In this document: in pieces, positions 61,416 through 62,421 of the stretch
How the letters are laid out: each line of letters starts with the position of its first letter
Position numbering within the stretch: the stretch's first letter is position 1
NCBI GenBank assembly: GCA_964364425.1
Contig: CAYIMB010000001.1
Coordinates: 72,941 to 135,361 of the forward strand
Length of the DNA: 62,421 bases
DNA from: an uncultured Gammaproteobacteria bacterium
Lineage (GTDB): Bacteria; Patescibacteriota; Patescibacteriia; UBA9570; JBBTWU01
Reading direction: 5' to 3'
The notes under the pieces: model-generated
Database searches by the model: none
Seen by the model: the letters and a program-made list of their open reading frames with translations, nothing else
Told to the model about the DNA's origin: nothing
Made by a program: the position numbers and the translations under genes

Positions 61416-62421
61416 TTACTGGCCAAGTACTGCTTTAATTCTGCGAACTCCGGCAGAAGTGGCTTCCTCTTTGGTAATCTTAAAGCCACCTAATTCACCG
61501 GTATGCTCAACATGTGGGCCGCCACAAATTTCTTTGGAGTAGTCCCCTACAAAGTAGACTTTCATTTTCCCGCCCATTTGAGCGTATTTGTCTTCAAATA
61601 AACCAATTGCTCCTTTGGTTTTAGCCTCTTCTACGTTCAGCAGCTCAAAGTGTACCGGATGATCTGTACGAATCTGTTCGTTCACCATATCTTCCACTTG
61701 TTTGATTTGTTCAGGAGTCATTTTGGAACCGTGACTGAAGTCAAAGCGCAATCTATCTTTGGTAATGTTGCTGCCGCGTTGTTCAACGTGACCACCTAAG
61801 ACGTTCCGCAGAGCCTGATGAAGTAAGTGTGTGGCCGTATGTAAGCGTGTTGATTCAGTAGAATGATCAGCTAAACCACCGGCAAATTTTTGCTCACTCC
61901 CGGAACGTGAGAGATTTTGATGTTTTTTGAATTCTGCTTTGAACTGCTCAACGTCAATTTGTAATCCATGTGAGGTCTGGAGTTCTTCCATGGTGAGTTC
62001 TAGAGGGAAACCATAGGACTGGTATAGGTTGAATGCGTCCGTGCCACTTACGGTTTGGTTTTTTTCAAATACCCGCTTGAGTTCACGCAAACCGTTATCG
62101 AGAGTTTTGATAAACTTTTTTTCCTCAGCTTCTATTTTTTGCAAAATGAACTGCCTTTTTTCATCCAAGTCAGGAAAGACTGCTGTGTACGTCTCAATAT
62201 ATGCTTCGGCCACTTCAGCTATTAAGGCCTGTGAGACGTTGAGCCTGCGGGAAAATCGAACTGCCCTCCGAATCAAGCGACGAACAAAATACCCCTGGTC
62301 TTTATTTGATGGTGTTATCCCGTCATTGATCAAGAATGTTGCGGCGCGAATATGATCTAGAACAACCCGAAAAGAGTAAGTCTGAGCCGGATGCTCTCCA
62401 TATCGTAAACCGGATATGTTT
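61416..62421 (-). CDS. alaS: alanyl-tRNA synthetase (C-terminal ~335 codons; N-terminus outside the window)
   Basis: The frame stays open to the window edge: ...VVLDHIRAATFLINDGITPSNKDQGYFVRRLIRRA. Editing domain HTATHLLHQALR and CGGPHVEHTGELGGFKITKEEATSAGVRRIKAV. The M at 62333 in the track is an internal TTG. Confidence 0.95.
   Translation of the reverse strand, partial: NISGLRYGEHPAQTYSFRVVLDHIRAATFLINDGITPSNKDQGYFVRRLIRRAVRFSRRLNVSQALIAEVAEAYIETYTAVFPDLDEKRQFILQKIEAEEKKFIKTLDNGLRELKRVFEKNQTVSGTDAFNLYQSYGFPLELTMEELQTSHGLQIDVEQFKAEFKKHQNLSRSGSEQKFAGGLADHSTESTRLHTATHLLHQALRNVLGGHVEQRGSNITKDRLRFDFSHGSKMTPEQIKQVEDMVNEQIRTDHPVHFELLNVEEAKTKGAIGLFEDKYAQMGGKMKVYFVGDYSKEICGGPHVEHTGELGGFKITKEEATSAGVRRIKAVLGQ

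Overview
62.4-kb, very gene-dense window of about 44% GC, with roughly 70 protein genes. I found no rRNA, tRNA or CRISPR array. All calls come from reading the six-frame translations and the raw sequence; no database search was possible.

Likely source (inference only): a reduced-genome bacterium, possibly Patescibacteria/CPR-like. Supporting observations are the compact operons with many ATGA or 1-nt overlaps, several domain-trimmed housekeeping proteins, DUF3048/DUF4012/DUF4349 envelope proteins, and the standard genetic code with TGA used as stop.

Gene content in order:
- thrS (partial), a membrane protein and dnaE.
- A plus-strand block: SEDS (RodA/FtsW), L25/Ctc, two tandem DUF3048 genes, DUF4349, an amino-acid permease and two GT2 genes.
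- The fmt-def-priA-like operon, a membrane protein, a LigB-like protein and a secreted repeat protein.
- tagA-like, gltX and an M23 peptidase.
- A long minus-strand run: zinc-ribbon protein, ftsQ, serS, lysS, greA, pbp2-mreD-mreC-mreB, proS, rseP, frr, a BNR propeller and holB.
- A ~15-kb surface-glycan cluster holding GT4/GT2/GT1 genes, a second mreB, DUF4012, an O-antigen-ligase-like protein, an ABC-2 exporter, a methyltransferase and a flippase.
- rpsI-rplM, then rplQ-rpoA-rpsD-rpsK-rpsM-rpmJ-infA, then alaS (partial).

Most notable observations:
1. A ~0.7-kb GC-rich (55-73%) cassette lies between alaS and infA. It carries one orphan gene for a Nudix-fold-like protein with a degenerate Nudix box, plus its own Shine-Dalgarno site and stem-loop.
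2. A ~0.9-kb AT-rich islet is bounded by exact 12-bp direct repeats and carries a Doc/Fic-like toxin-antitoxin-style pair.
3. A TGTAAATCGATTTACA-type palindrome recurs at five gene ends, including both island borders.
4. Many operon-first genes have a -10 hexamer only 6-10 nt upstream of the ATG and no SD, which suggests leaderless mRNAs.
5. RpoA lacks the alpha C-terminal domain, the PriA-like protein has lost its Walker A motif, and AlaRS lacks the C-Ala domain.
6. A second, divergent MreB is embedded next to DUF4012 in the glycan cluster.
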